Source: Candidatus Magasanikiibacteriota bacterium (GTDB lineage: Bacteria > Patescibacteriota > Patescibacteriia > Magasanikbacterales > UBA922). From it: 64,000 nt of DNA. A program made the position numbers and the translations under genes. This document shows, piece after piece, positions 48,389-56,681 of the stretch (its first letter is position 1; each line of letters starts with the position of its first letter). The stretch covers positions 1,938 through 65,937 of the forward strand of contig DOYU01000010.1 of the NCBI GenBank assembly GCA_003518365.1, written 5' to 3'. The notes beneath the pieces are model-generated. The model had not been told where the DNA came from and did no database searches. It saw only the letters and a list, made by a program, of their open reading frames with translations.

Positions 48389-49445
48389 AATATTTTAGGT
48401 GGTTCTTGATACTCTTGCCAATGACTGATCCCAGCCTTACTGGTACTGCATTTCCAATAAACTTCGCTACTTTAGTAACTACCATAGCGTCTTCAGACTC
48501 GGTAAATTTATAATTTTCAGGGAATGTTTGAAATATTGCGGCCTCCCTTAAACTTATAGCACGATTTTGTGTTGGGTGACCAAAACGACCATTCCCTAGA
48601 CCTATACATTGTGTGGTCATAGTCGGTGCTGGTTCATCCCATCTCATCCGACCGTATACGGTGCTTCGATAGGTCTTTCCGGAAGCCTTTTTGTGACAAG
48701 TAAGCATTAGATCTTCACTCCAGCTTTCTGAATTTCCACCATTGTGGGGAGTTGCCTTGATTCTCTCAAGATTTATTGGATCAAGTTTTCTTGCCTTATG
48801 GAGAGGGTCTTTTTTGCTCGTTTGACCATCTTTGATTGGTTCAAGGTGCCTGATGACATCACGAACAGTAACTCTTTTATCCTTGTGAGTTCTTTTTATC
48901 AATTCAATTTCACCAAACCTTGAAGCCAACAAAACTAATCGTTTTCGTTTTTGCGGTACGCCAAATTCTGAAACATCTACTACTTCATATTTATATTTAT
49001 ATCCATTATCCACCAGCGTCTTAATAAACTTAGCAAAAACGGGATATTTATTTGTGTCAGCTAAACCACTAACATTTTCCATTGAGACAATGTCTGGCTG
49101 AATAGCCGCGATAAGTTGAGCAAATTTGCCCAATGGCTCAAGTTGCTTTTCAGTAACTTTTTTTAAGTTTAATCTTGAAAATGGCTGACAAGGTGCGCAA
49201 CCAGCAAGAACACGAATCGTACCCTTTTTTGTTCCAAATAATTTATTAATTTGATCAGGCGTTACCTTGAGAATATCACTATCAATAAATTGAGTTTTGT
49301 TGTTGTACTCATAACCAAATTTACAGCTTGAATCGTTATCAATTCCTGCTACCACATCTAAACCCTCCTTGATAAGACCATGTGTAAGTCCACCAATGCC
49401 ACAAAATAGATCAACGACTTTAATTTTTGAGGATTGTGATTTCAT
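48375..49445 (-). CDS. dcm: DNA (cytosine-5)-methyltransferase
   Basis: Motif I DLFCGIGG, motif IV GCAPCQPFS (PCQ), motif VI ENV (SMENVSG). Confidence 0.85.
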   Translation of the reverse strand: MKSQSSKIKVVDLFCGIGGLTHGLIKEGLDVVAGIDNDSSCKFGYEYNNKTQFIDSDILKVTPDQINKLFGTKKGTIRVLAGCAPCQPFSRLNLKKVTEKQLEPLGKFAQLIAAIQPDIVSMENVSGLADTNKYPVFAKFIKTLVDNGYKYKYEVVDVSEFGVPQKRKRLVLLASRFGEIELIKRTHKDKRVTVRDVIRHLEPIKDGQTSKKDPLHKARKLDPINLERIKATPHNGGNSESWSEDLMLTCHKKASGKTYRSTVYGRMRWDEPAPTMTTQCIGLGNGRFGHPTQNRAISLREAAIFQTFPENYKFTESEDAMVVTKVAKFIGNAVPVRLGSVIGKSIKNHLKYYEKQ

Positions 49446-49467
49446 ACTAACAATAATTATATCAGTT

Positions 49468-49486
49468 TATCGAAAATTTTTCGATA
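49468..49486. promoter_or_regulatory. perfect 9-bp palindrome TATCGAAAA-t-TTTTCGATA upstream of dcm
   Basis: Located 23 nt upstream of the dcm start in the 105-nt gap between operons; candidate operator. Confidence 0.35.
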
Positions 49487-49550
49487 GCAAATCTTGCTTA
49501 TTTTTACTGAGTAAGTCCAGTACTTTCACTTTTAGGGTAATCTTGAGCTA

Positions 49551-51086
49551 TTATACCGTACTGTATAAAACGGAATTATTTTCAACGTGGGTTAAAAATT
49601 CCTCGATTGTTTTTGGCAAGATCGAAAGATTCTCTTTCTCCTTAACATAATTAATCTGCATTACAGAATCTTTGAATATGCTAGGGGCCACAAAGTAACA
49701 CATAGAATCCTTTGTACCTTTTTGGAATTGGCTCAAATGTCTTGAGATCGGCCACACTTCCATCATAGTTTGCATGCGTCCCTCCGACATTGTAACTTCG
49801 ACTAATATACCCTTAACATCCTCGAAACATTCAATGTCACCCTTATCTCCAACGCCTCCAGCTGTTGATGTTGGGAGACCTTCATCGTCGTAAGGATAGT
49901 TTGATACCACTCTAACATTTGGAAACTTGGATTTAATAGCCAAAGACACAAGAAACTCTAATCTGACAGGATTTGATAAGTATTTCAAAACATCATCTTT
50001 TGTTAATCTCTTCTTGGCCAAATTTAACATTTCATCTTTAATCCTGTTCCAAGGATAAATACCAACCCACTTAGCCAAAAAGGCGTCTCTCTCGCCGACA
50101 CTTACCGGCTTGGCAACAAACGAGATAAGATTTTCATCCACAGCCGACATATACTCAAAATATGATTCCTCTGTGGTGTATTTTTTATAATCAGAATAAG
50201 TTGCTAAAGCATAATCAACCTTAGTTTGTTCATTTCTGTTTATATCAATAAAACGACCAGCACCTCTTAATGAGATCAATCCTGTTAATCTCATTTTTCT
50301 AATAAACTCATCCGGATAGTCAACCATTATCGACTTCGGATTAAATTTCTTAAAATCACCGTCCATGATCTGGTTAACACAAATATCCACAATAACTTCC
50401 CAGCTCGGGGTATAGCCGTGTTCTTTTCTGATTTTCTTTATAAGTTTGTAAAGCTTCTCGGCGTCGTTATCTTTCCAGAAAATAACCAAGGGCAATTCTA
50501 ATTTTGAAATTCCGGTCCCGTTTAAATCCTTGTCAGCATTTATTTTATTAATCACACTCAGTAGTAAAATCAGCGGTGCATTTTCATTGAGTACTCGCCT
50601 GAATGGACTATTGCTTTGATATTTTACAAATGCATTCAGAAAAGCCTGTTGTTCAAATTCTGGGTGTTCGTTATCAACCAATTTTAATCCAATATCAGAA
50701 AATCTTATCTTTTCACCGTTTTTGTAATAAACAAAACCAAGCTCTTTGGCAATCTTAAACCAAGTATCAAACCGAGAAGCCCAGCCCTTACTAAAACCGG
50801 CTTCTTTATGATTTTGCGGATTATCCTCAAGAACCTTTTTCACTTCAGAATCAGACAACGGCTCTTTTGTTTCAATTTTATTCTTTACAACAGCACTTAT
50901 GTTAGTCGGCTTATATAGTCCGACCCGAATAACTTCACCGGAGATTTCTTCAGCCAACTGATCGTCAAGCACTTTTCCGTTGTAATCTTTAAGTACTCCC
51001 AAAAACCACTTAAGCCTTTCTGGGTTTCTAAGTGTAGTAGTAAATAATAATGGTTTATATTCTGATTCTCTTGTTTTTGTTTTCAT
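49551..51086 (-). CDS. hypothetical 511-aa protein; candidate restriction endonuclease partner of the two adjacent adenine methyltransferases
   Basis: No methyltransferase motifs; possible PD-(D/E)XK-like stretch GDKGDIECFEDVK near C-terminus; operon context with two alpha-class N6A methyltransferases. Confidence 0.4.
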   Translation of the reverse strand: MKTKTRESEYKPLLFTTTLRNPERLKWFLGVLKDYNGKVLDDQLAEEISGEVIRVGLYKPTNISAVVKNKIETKEPLSDSEVKKVLEDNPQNHKEAGFSKGWASRFDTWFKIAKELGFVYYKNGEKIRFSDIGLKLVDNEHPEFEQQAFLNAFVKYQSNSPFRRVLNENAPLILLLSVINKINADKDLNGTGISKLELPLVIFWKDNDAEKLYKLIKKIRKEHGYTPSWEVIVDICVNQIMDGDFKKFNPKSIMVDYPDEFIRKMRLTGLISLRGAGRFIDINRNEQTKVDYALATYSDYKKYTTEESYFEYMSAVDENLISFVAKPVSVGERDAFLAKWVGIYPWNRIKDEMLNLAKKRLTKDDVLKYLSNPVRLEFLVSLAIKSKFPNVRVVSNYPYDDEGLPTSTAGGVGDKGDIECFEDVKGILVEVTMSEGRMQTMMEVWPISRHLSQFQKGTKDSMCYFVAPSIFKDSVMQINYVKEKENLSILPKTIEEFLTHVENNSVLYSTV

Positions 51087-51090
51087 ATAT

Positions 51091-51996
51091 TTAATAATTG
51101 GTAATTAACACTTCCTTGATCTGTTTCTTACCGTTATTGTGATAGCTGATATAATTGCTTTCAATTTTGTGCGTCTTATATTTTTTCATCCAATCAATCA
51201 GTAAATCATTTTTACTTCCGTTATAATGGGTTACATTTGATAGGGCAAACTTTATACCCTTCTTATCCAAATCATCAATCATCCCCAGCAAGTCGGCTTC
51301 AGCTTTTTGATCCCACCGCTTGTTGTATTCGCTTGCTGTTATCAGATAGGGTGGATCTAAATAAACGAAATCATTCTTAGAATATTTCCGGTTTGCAAAA
51401 TAAGCTCTGAAGTCCTTTGAACTTAAAGTCATCTTCTTATCTTGCACAAAATCAAAATAACCATTCAGAGCGTTAACAACATTTTTATTAAAATCGACAT
51501 TGCCAACCGGTAAATTAAATTTACCACCACCATTAAACCTCAACATTCTATTAAAACCATAGATAAGTAGAATATACAGAATTAAAGGATCATTCTTTAT
51601 GTGTTTATTTACGCAAACTCTTAATTTTTCGTAGCCCTCTTTATTAAATTTGGCAAAATAGGTCTTTTTCCATTCTTTTTTTAACGAGACCGGAATTATA
51701 TCTTCTTTATAAGATCGTGATAGGTGATATTTCTTGATTATCTTTTCTACATTCTTAAAAAATAAAGTTGGGTTATTTGCACTATTAATTAAGAAACGAT
51801 GTATGTTGATTAAATTTTTATCGTTATCATTTAAGTAGTATTTATTTGCGTTAATATTTAAAAAGACAGTACCACCGCCGACAAATGGTTCGTAAAAATT
51901 GTCTACTTCCTGTGGAAATAAACCAGCCAGTTGCTTCATTAATTTGTATTTATCCCCGACATAAAATAGCGGGGATCTCTTAATTTTATTTTGCAT
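51091..51996 (-). CDS. Dam-family (D12-class, alpha) N6-adenine DNA methyltransferase
   Basis: Motif X YVGDKYKL, motif I EPFVGGGTVFLN, motif IV DPPY (VYLDPPYLIT). Confidence 0.8.
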   Translation of the reverse strand: MQNKIKRSPLFYVGDKYKLMKQLAGLFPQEVDNFYEPFVGGGTVFLNINANKYYLNDNDKNLINIHRFLINSANNPTLFFKNVEKIIKKYHLSRSYKEDIIPVSLKKEWKKTYFAKFNKEGYEKLRVCVNKHIKNDPLILYILLIYGFNRMLRFNGGGKFNLPVGNVDFNKNVVNALNGYFDFVQDKKMTLSSKDFRAYFANRKYSKNDFVYLDPPYLITASEYNKRWDQKAEADLLGMIDDLDKKGIKFALSNVTHYNGSKNDLLIDWMKKYKTHKIESNYISYHNNGKKQIKEVLITNY

Positions 51997-53803
51997 GGTT
52001 TACGGTGGTTACAAATAAATACTCTTTATGGTTTTTGAAATCGGTATTGCCAGCGTTGAAATGCCTGTAGTCTTTTTCAAAGACTTTAGTTTTTCCCTTT
52101 GCCGATAAAATATCCTTGATCTCTTGTAGAGTAATTTTATTTTTTGATGAATTGCTTTTTGAATCGTAAGTATTATTGTAAGACACGACTAAATACTTGG
52201 CATTCAAATCTTTTACTAATTCGGCAAGCCTGTCTTTTGCTTGAACACGGCAATAATCGCTCATATTTTCCTCCTGAGGCTTCAGGGCGGTCCCAAACAA
52301 CTCTGGCTTATCCCATTTCGTTAAAGTTTCTAGGACATGGTAGAAACGACTATACTGCCTCGAGTTATAGGGTGGATCAATATAAACAATGTCAGCTTTA
52401 ATTTTTTTAGCTAAGAGGTTCGTATCTTCTTTATAAATTGTGACATTTTTTACTTCAATCGGATCAATAGGTCTCATAAAAAATCCGTCTTCGACATGTT
52501 CTTTTTTGAAATATGCATCATAGTGACCAACTGTATTGGCAACCTTATCGATTGAATACAATAACGAAGCAATAAGAATATAATATTCTTTATCCGACAG
52601 GTTCTTTCTGTTTTCCTCTATAGTTTCTCTAATGAACCCTATTATTTTGGCTGAGTTGTGGCTAAAATACTTACCGCCAAAATTAGTAGAAAAATAATTA
52701 TTCTCTAAATCACCACCGTCAATGTTGTTGTAGTCTTTGATAATATTTTCAATCTTGTTTTTATCCCATTCTCCATTGCCAAAAAAGGCTTGATAAATTG
52801 CATAGTTAGAATGTAAAAAATCGTTAAGAATGATTTCATCATAGTGTCTGGCCGCAACAGCCGAAACCACTCCGGTCCCAGCAAAAATATCAGCGAAAGA
52901 GTTGCCTTTTTCGCACTCCTTATTAATTACGGAAAATATCCATTCAATAAGTTTGTGCTTACTGCCAATATATCGGCGGTTTTGTAATTGTAAATAATTC
53001 TTTTTTACCTGTGGAATATAAAAATAATTCTCCTGTACTTTTTCGGCACTTATTTCGTAAGCTGGTTTTTCAAGCTCTAAAAGAGCAAACAAAGTTCCTT
53101 GTACACCGTCAGCTACATAGTCATAACTCTTTTTATCTTTGCTTAATTTTTCAAAAAAGCTACAGCTTCCGTTCTCCGCTGTGATAATAAAATCAATAAC
53201 AGCAATGCCCATTATCTCTCCAGCTTGGGATATTTTTTGTACCACCTCAATATCTCTTGTACTGGGAGATGAATCTCCGGAGGGGTGATTATGAACTAAT
53301 ATGATACTAGCGGAGTTAAGTTCTACTGCTGGATGAAAAATTTCTCTGGGATGTATTAAGCTTTTATCTAGCAAACCTACACTAATAATTTCTTTCTTTA
53401 TCAAAACATTTCTGGCGTTAAGATAAAGACACACTAAATATTCCTTTTTCTTGTCTCGTAGATCGTATGTTAAAGATAAAACATCCTGTTGGTTTTTTAT
53501 GATAGTGTCGCCACCTTTTTCTTCATCATAAAATCTTTTTACTAATGAAATGGCAGAAATAATTTGTAAGGCCTTGGCTTGCCCAATACCAGAAACCTCT
53601 AATAGGTCTTCAACTTTAATATTTAAAAAATTCTTGCCAAATTTCTTAATAATCTGTTCTGATAGCTGTTTAACATTTTTGCCTTTAATCCCACTACCCA
53701 GAAGAATCGCCAAAAGATCACTCTTTGAAAGTGCTTCTGATCCTTTTTTAAGGAACCTCTCTCGAGGACGATCTATTTTGGGGATGTCTTTTATTTTTGG
53801 CAT
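51986..53803 (-). CDS. fusion: RadC-like JAB/MPN domain (N) + alpha-class N6-adenine DNA methyltransferase (C)
   Basis: RadC signature HNHPSGDSSPSTRD preceded by an HhH-like region; then YIGSKHKL (motif X), DIFAGTGVVS (motif I), VYIDPPYNS (motif IV). Confidence 0.75.
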   Translation of the reverse strand: MPKIKDIPKIDRPRERFLKKGSEALSKSDLLAILLGSGIKGKNVKQLSEQIIKKFGKNFLNIKVEDLLEVSGIGQAKALQIISAISLVKRFYDEEKGGDTIIKNQQDVLSLTYDLRDKKKEYLVCLYLNARNVLIKKEIISVGLLDKSLIHPREIFHPAVELNSASIILVHNHPSGDSSPSTRDIEVVQKISQAGEIMGIAVIDFIITAENGSCSFFEKLSKDKKSYDYVADGVQGTLFALLELEKPAYEISAEKVQENYFYIPQVKKNYLQLQNRRYIGSKHKLIEWIFSVINKECEKGNSFADIFAGTGVVSAVAARHYDEIILNDFLHSNYAIYQAFFGNGEWDKNKIENIIKDYNNIDGGDLENNYFSTNFGGKYFSHNSAKIIGFIRETIEENRKNLSDKEYYILIASLLYSIDKVANTVGHYDAYFKKEHVEDGFFMRPIDPIEVKNVTIYKEDTNLLAKKIKADIVYIDPPYNSRQYSRFYHVLETLTKWDKPELFGTALKPQEENMSDYCRVQAKDRLAELVKDLNAKYLVVSYNNTYDSKSNSSKNKITLQEIKDILSAKGKTKVFEKDYRHFNAGNTDFKNHKEYLFVTTVNHAK

Positions 53804-53806
53804 ATT

Positions 53807-54055
53807 TTAATTCTTCTTTTTGGTTTTAATATTACTTGTCTCATCCAAAAAAGCATTGAGATCAGATTGCTTGATACGCCAAACACCAAGCTTGGATGCC
53901 TTTAACCTGCCCGACTCGATATATCGGGTGACAGTGCGTGTATGAACTCTTAAAATTTTGGCGATTTCTTCTATTGTGAAAAGTTTTTCAATTTCGTTCA
54001 TAAGAATTATATTAGTCGTTGATATCATTTTACCTCTTCTGCTTTTCATTGTCAA
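53807..54055 (-). CDS. excisionase-family HTH DNA-binding protein (Xis/AlpA/MerR-like)
   Basis: LFTIEEIAKILRVHTRTVTRYIESGRLKASKLGVWRIKQSDLNAFL matches the excisionase-family HTH pattern. Confidence 0.6.
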   Translation of the reverse strand: MTMKSRRGKMISTTNIILMNEIEKLFTIEEIAKILRVHTRTVTRYIESGRLKASKLGVWRIKQSDLNAFLDETSNIKTKKKN

Positions 54056-54174
54056 AATCGCCGTATTTTGTCATAATACACTTGTGGGGTTGAGTAATCA
54101 GATATTACCGACTCAATCCCTATATCCAAAAATTAGTGAATGGCTGGCATAAAATGGGTCCCATTCACTAAAAA

Positions 54175-54909
54175 ATGAACTGGGAAGTAAGGATTAGGCT
54201 TGCATCCAGTAAAAACATGACTATGAAAATGAAAAAGGCCTCAAAGACCACAAAATACAAATTCAACATAAAGAAAATTGTCTCTAAGTCAATGACTTAC
54301 CGTTTTTCTCTCGGAATAGTTAAAGATGTTGTAAAAAATGCTCTGGAAAATTCCGGTATCAAAAATTCGGATGATATTATAAAGAGGCACGAGGACGAGA
54401 TCGTAGAGCTAAAAGATAGGCTAAACAAAACAGACACTAAATTTGAAAGCTATAAAAAAGAGACTAACAAAACAATTGCCGAATTAAAAGATGAACTGGG
54501 AAAAGTTAGTAAACAGAACCTGACTCAGATCGGCCGAGAAATGGCTATCGGTTTTTATGAACAGAGCCAAAAGATACGGTCCAAACAGAAAGAAAAGAAA
54601 ACTAAAGAAACTTTGCTCTGCCTCTCCTCAGACGGCGATCTATACCTAGCGTCCAATCAACAAAAATGTTATCCGATGAGTAAAGAGAAAATGCGTGAGA
54701 AATTGATAAAAGTTTTATGCTCGGCCAAAGGTTATATCAAGACGGCCGAGTTGGCTGAAATGGTCGGCACGACCAATCAAGCGATTAGAAATTCCAAGCT
54801 GGAGATAAATAATAAATCTAAAAATCGGATTGGCATTGATAAACTGATTATCGGCCGTGACGGCAATGGCTATCGCTTAAATCCAGAATATAAAATCAAA
54901 ATACTATAG
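54175..54909 (+). CDS. hypothetical coiled-coil protein with possible C-terminal winged-helix
   Basis: 244-aa ORF divergent from the Xis-like gene; followed by terminator. Confidence 0.4.
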   Translation: MNWEVRIRLASSKNMTMKMKKASKTTKYKFNIKKIVSKSMTYRFSLGIVKDVVKNALENSGIKNSDDIIKRHEDEIVELKDRLNKTDTKFESYKKETNKTIAELKDELGKVSKQNLTQIGREMAIGFYEQSQKIRSKQKEKKTKETLLCLSSDGDLYLASNQQKCYPMSKEKMREKLIKVLCSAKGYIKTAELAEMVGTTNQAIRNSKLEINNKSKNRIGIDKLIIGRDGNGYRLNPEYKIKIL

Positions 54910-54942
54910 CGTAATAGTCGGTGTAGTTAATAACTTCAATGA

Positions 54943-54970
54943 GAGAGCCTGAAATAGGGCTCTTTTTTGT
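54943..54970 (+). terminator. rho-independent terminator (agagcc-tgaaata-gggctct + T-run)
   Basis: Hairpin followed by tttttt. Confidence 0.55.
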
Positions 54971-55055
54971 TGCCCAACTACACCTGGGCATTATTCCAAG
55001 AGATGGGCAACGATTGGCAAACTATAAATGTGTGAGAGTAAAAAAATGAAATGAT

Positions 55056-55307
55056 ATGCCAATCAAACAAAGTGAGAGTTTCAAGACCGCCGATCTGGCA
55101 TTGATCGCGGTGCTTTTATTATTAATGCCCGAATCTCTTGAGGTCGTGGATCGGACAAATCCGCATAAGGTCCTCTTTGGATTTAAAACTGACCGCAAGC
55201 TCGAAAAGCTTATGGACAGTTTTTGGAAACGAGAGCTTGTGGTCGAACCTCAAGCGTTCTTTAACCAAATCAAAATCGCCAAAGCCAGGATCTATGTCCA
55301 CGAATAA
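55056..55307 (+). CDS. hypothetical protein (island cargo)
   Basis: 83-aa ORF in GC-richer segment. Confidence 0.35.
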   Translation: MPIKQSESFKTADLALIAVLLLLMPESLEVVDRTNPHKVLFGFKTDRKLEKLMDSFWKRELVVEPQAFFNQIKIAKARIYVHE

Positions 55308-55309
55308 AT

Positions 55310-55519
55310 ATGAAGTTAAAACCGGAAACGCTGGAAAAACTCCGAGCGATTCTCAAAAAAGACTTTGGCCAAGAAGTGAATGATCAAGACCTCCACGATA
55401 TCGCATTCAATCTCGTGAGTTATTACGACGCTCTGTCGCGATTCTACTGGGAGGATATCACGAGCGGTCGAAAGCTTATAGAACCATATGACACAGTACC
55501 CGAGCGACAAACCACATAA
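55310..55519 (+). CDS. hypothetical protein (island cargo)
   Basis: 69-aa ORF directly following the previous one. Confidence 0.3.
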   Translation: MKLKPETLEKLRAILKKDFGQEVNDQDLHDIAFNLVSYYDALSRFYWEDITSGRKLIEPYDTVPERQTT

Positions 55520-56060
55520 GATCAGAGATTATCGCGAATTGCCGTTTGCTTACCAAGATAAGCCAGCTTTGCGGTACATGCGACAACAATGGCTCGATAA
55601 GCACATTAGCATTGATGCCTACCGGAATCTCCGGAACATGTATCTGGCTTTGACTGAGATTGCCTCCAACAAAGCCAGTCAAACCATAGAGGCGTCCAAC
55701 AAAACGCTTTTGATTTATTCCGGACTCAAAGACTGGCGAACGATTAAGAATTGTTTGTCCAAGCTCGAGGAGTGGGCTTTTATCGCGATCACAAAAACTC
55801 GGGGCGAGGATGCAAAGTTCAAGCCCCGAGGTATCACTTTGCTGTCCGTCCTACATCTGACGCAGGGTGGAAACCAATCAGCATCAAAAGCCGGACGGCA
55901 TAGCACGCAGACTGCCTCCGGTGCAGAAGATATAGAAGGTAATGGATTAAAAGAAATTAAAGAAAATAATAAAGAAATTAACGGCCGGTCCAAGAATTTA
56001 AAACTCTTGGCCGAGGCGAGAGCCAAACTCGTAGCTAAGATGACCCTACAAAACAAATGA
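55488..56060 (+). CDS. hypothetical protein, possible DNA-binding/replication-related (island cargo)
   Basis: 190-aa ORF; basic N-terminal half; no firm motif. Confidence 0.35.
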   Translation: MTQYPSDKPHKIRDYRELPFAYQDKPALRYMRQQWLDKHISIDAYRNLRNMYLALTEIASNKASQTIEASNKTLLIYSGLKDWRTIKNCLSKLEEWAFIAITKTRGEDAKFKPRGITLLSVLHLTQGGNQSASKAGRHSTQTASGAEDIEGNGLKEIKENNKEINGRSKNLKLLAEARAKLVAKMTLQNK

Positions 56061-56148
56061 TTTTCGGTTATAAACGGCAACATTTGGCAACGAAATGAGC
56101 AAAAAACCGATAATAAATAATCATTAAACGATACTAAATGATACCTAA

Positions 56149-56622
56149 ATGGCTAAATCTGTAGACATAAAAAATGAAAAATATCAGAATGCGATCCGCT
56201 TAAAATATGGCGATTTTACTTATTTAGAGATTGCCCGGATGCTTAAAGTTTCTCATGTCAGTGTAAAGAGATGGTTTCGGTCAGACGGCTTACTGAAAGA
56301 CGAATACGACCGATATGAAAAAGAAAGAAACCGTGTACGCGACAAAGAGACTGATACTGTGCTGGCGAGACATTCTGTAATTGCGGCCAATATTCTGGTC
56401 TCGCTTATGGGTGCCAAAAGCGATGTCATGAAATTCAGAGCTGTTAAAGCCATTTTGGATTATGTACTGGGTCCAGTAAGAACCATGGGCAGTGACGATC
56501 CTTACGATAACGCCGATTATCGGCGAGATAGCGACAGTATTGCGAGAATACTGGAAAGTGCTAGGAAAAGACAACAAAAATCCACTGTGGGCAACTCGAG
56601 CTTAGCTTGTCCGAAAAAATAG
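56149..56622 (+). CDS. HTH-domain protein (possible phage terminase small subunit-like or regulator)
   Basis: N-terminal HTH-like YLEIARMLKVSHVSVKRW. Confidence 0.35.
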   Translation: MAKSVDIKNEKYQNAIRLKYGDFTYLEIARMLKVSHVSVKRWFRSDGLLKDEYDRYEKERNRVRDKETDTVLARHSVIAANILVSLMGAKSDVMKFRAVKAILDYVLGPVRTMGSDDPYDNADYRRDSDSIARILESARKRQQKSTVGNSSLACPKK

Positions 56623-56681
56623 CGTATGTTGTGTCTTGAGACCAAAAGTCGAATTCGAACCTTAGTAAAATTAACAAAATT

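Noticed and set aside
53807-54055. The small HTH gene upstream of the R-M block as an R-M controller (C) protein
   Set aside because: The sequence pattern (LT..E.A..L.VS..TV.R.I..G.L...K.G..WRI...DL..FL) fits the excisionase/MerR-like HTH_17 family better than XRE-type C proteins. A regulatory role on the R-M genes cannot be excluded.
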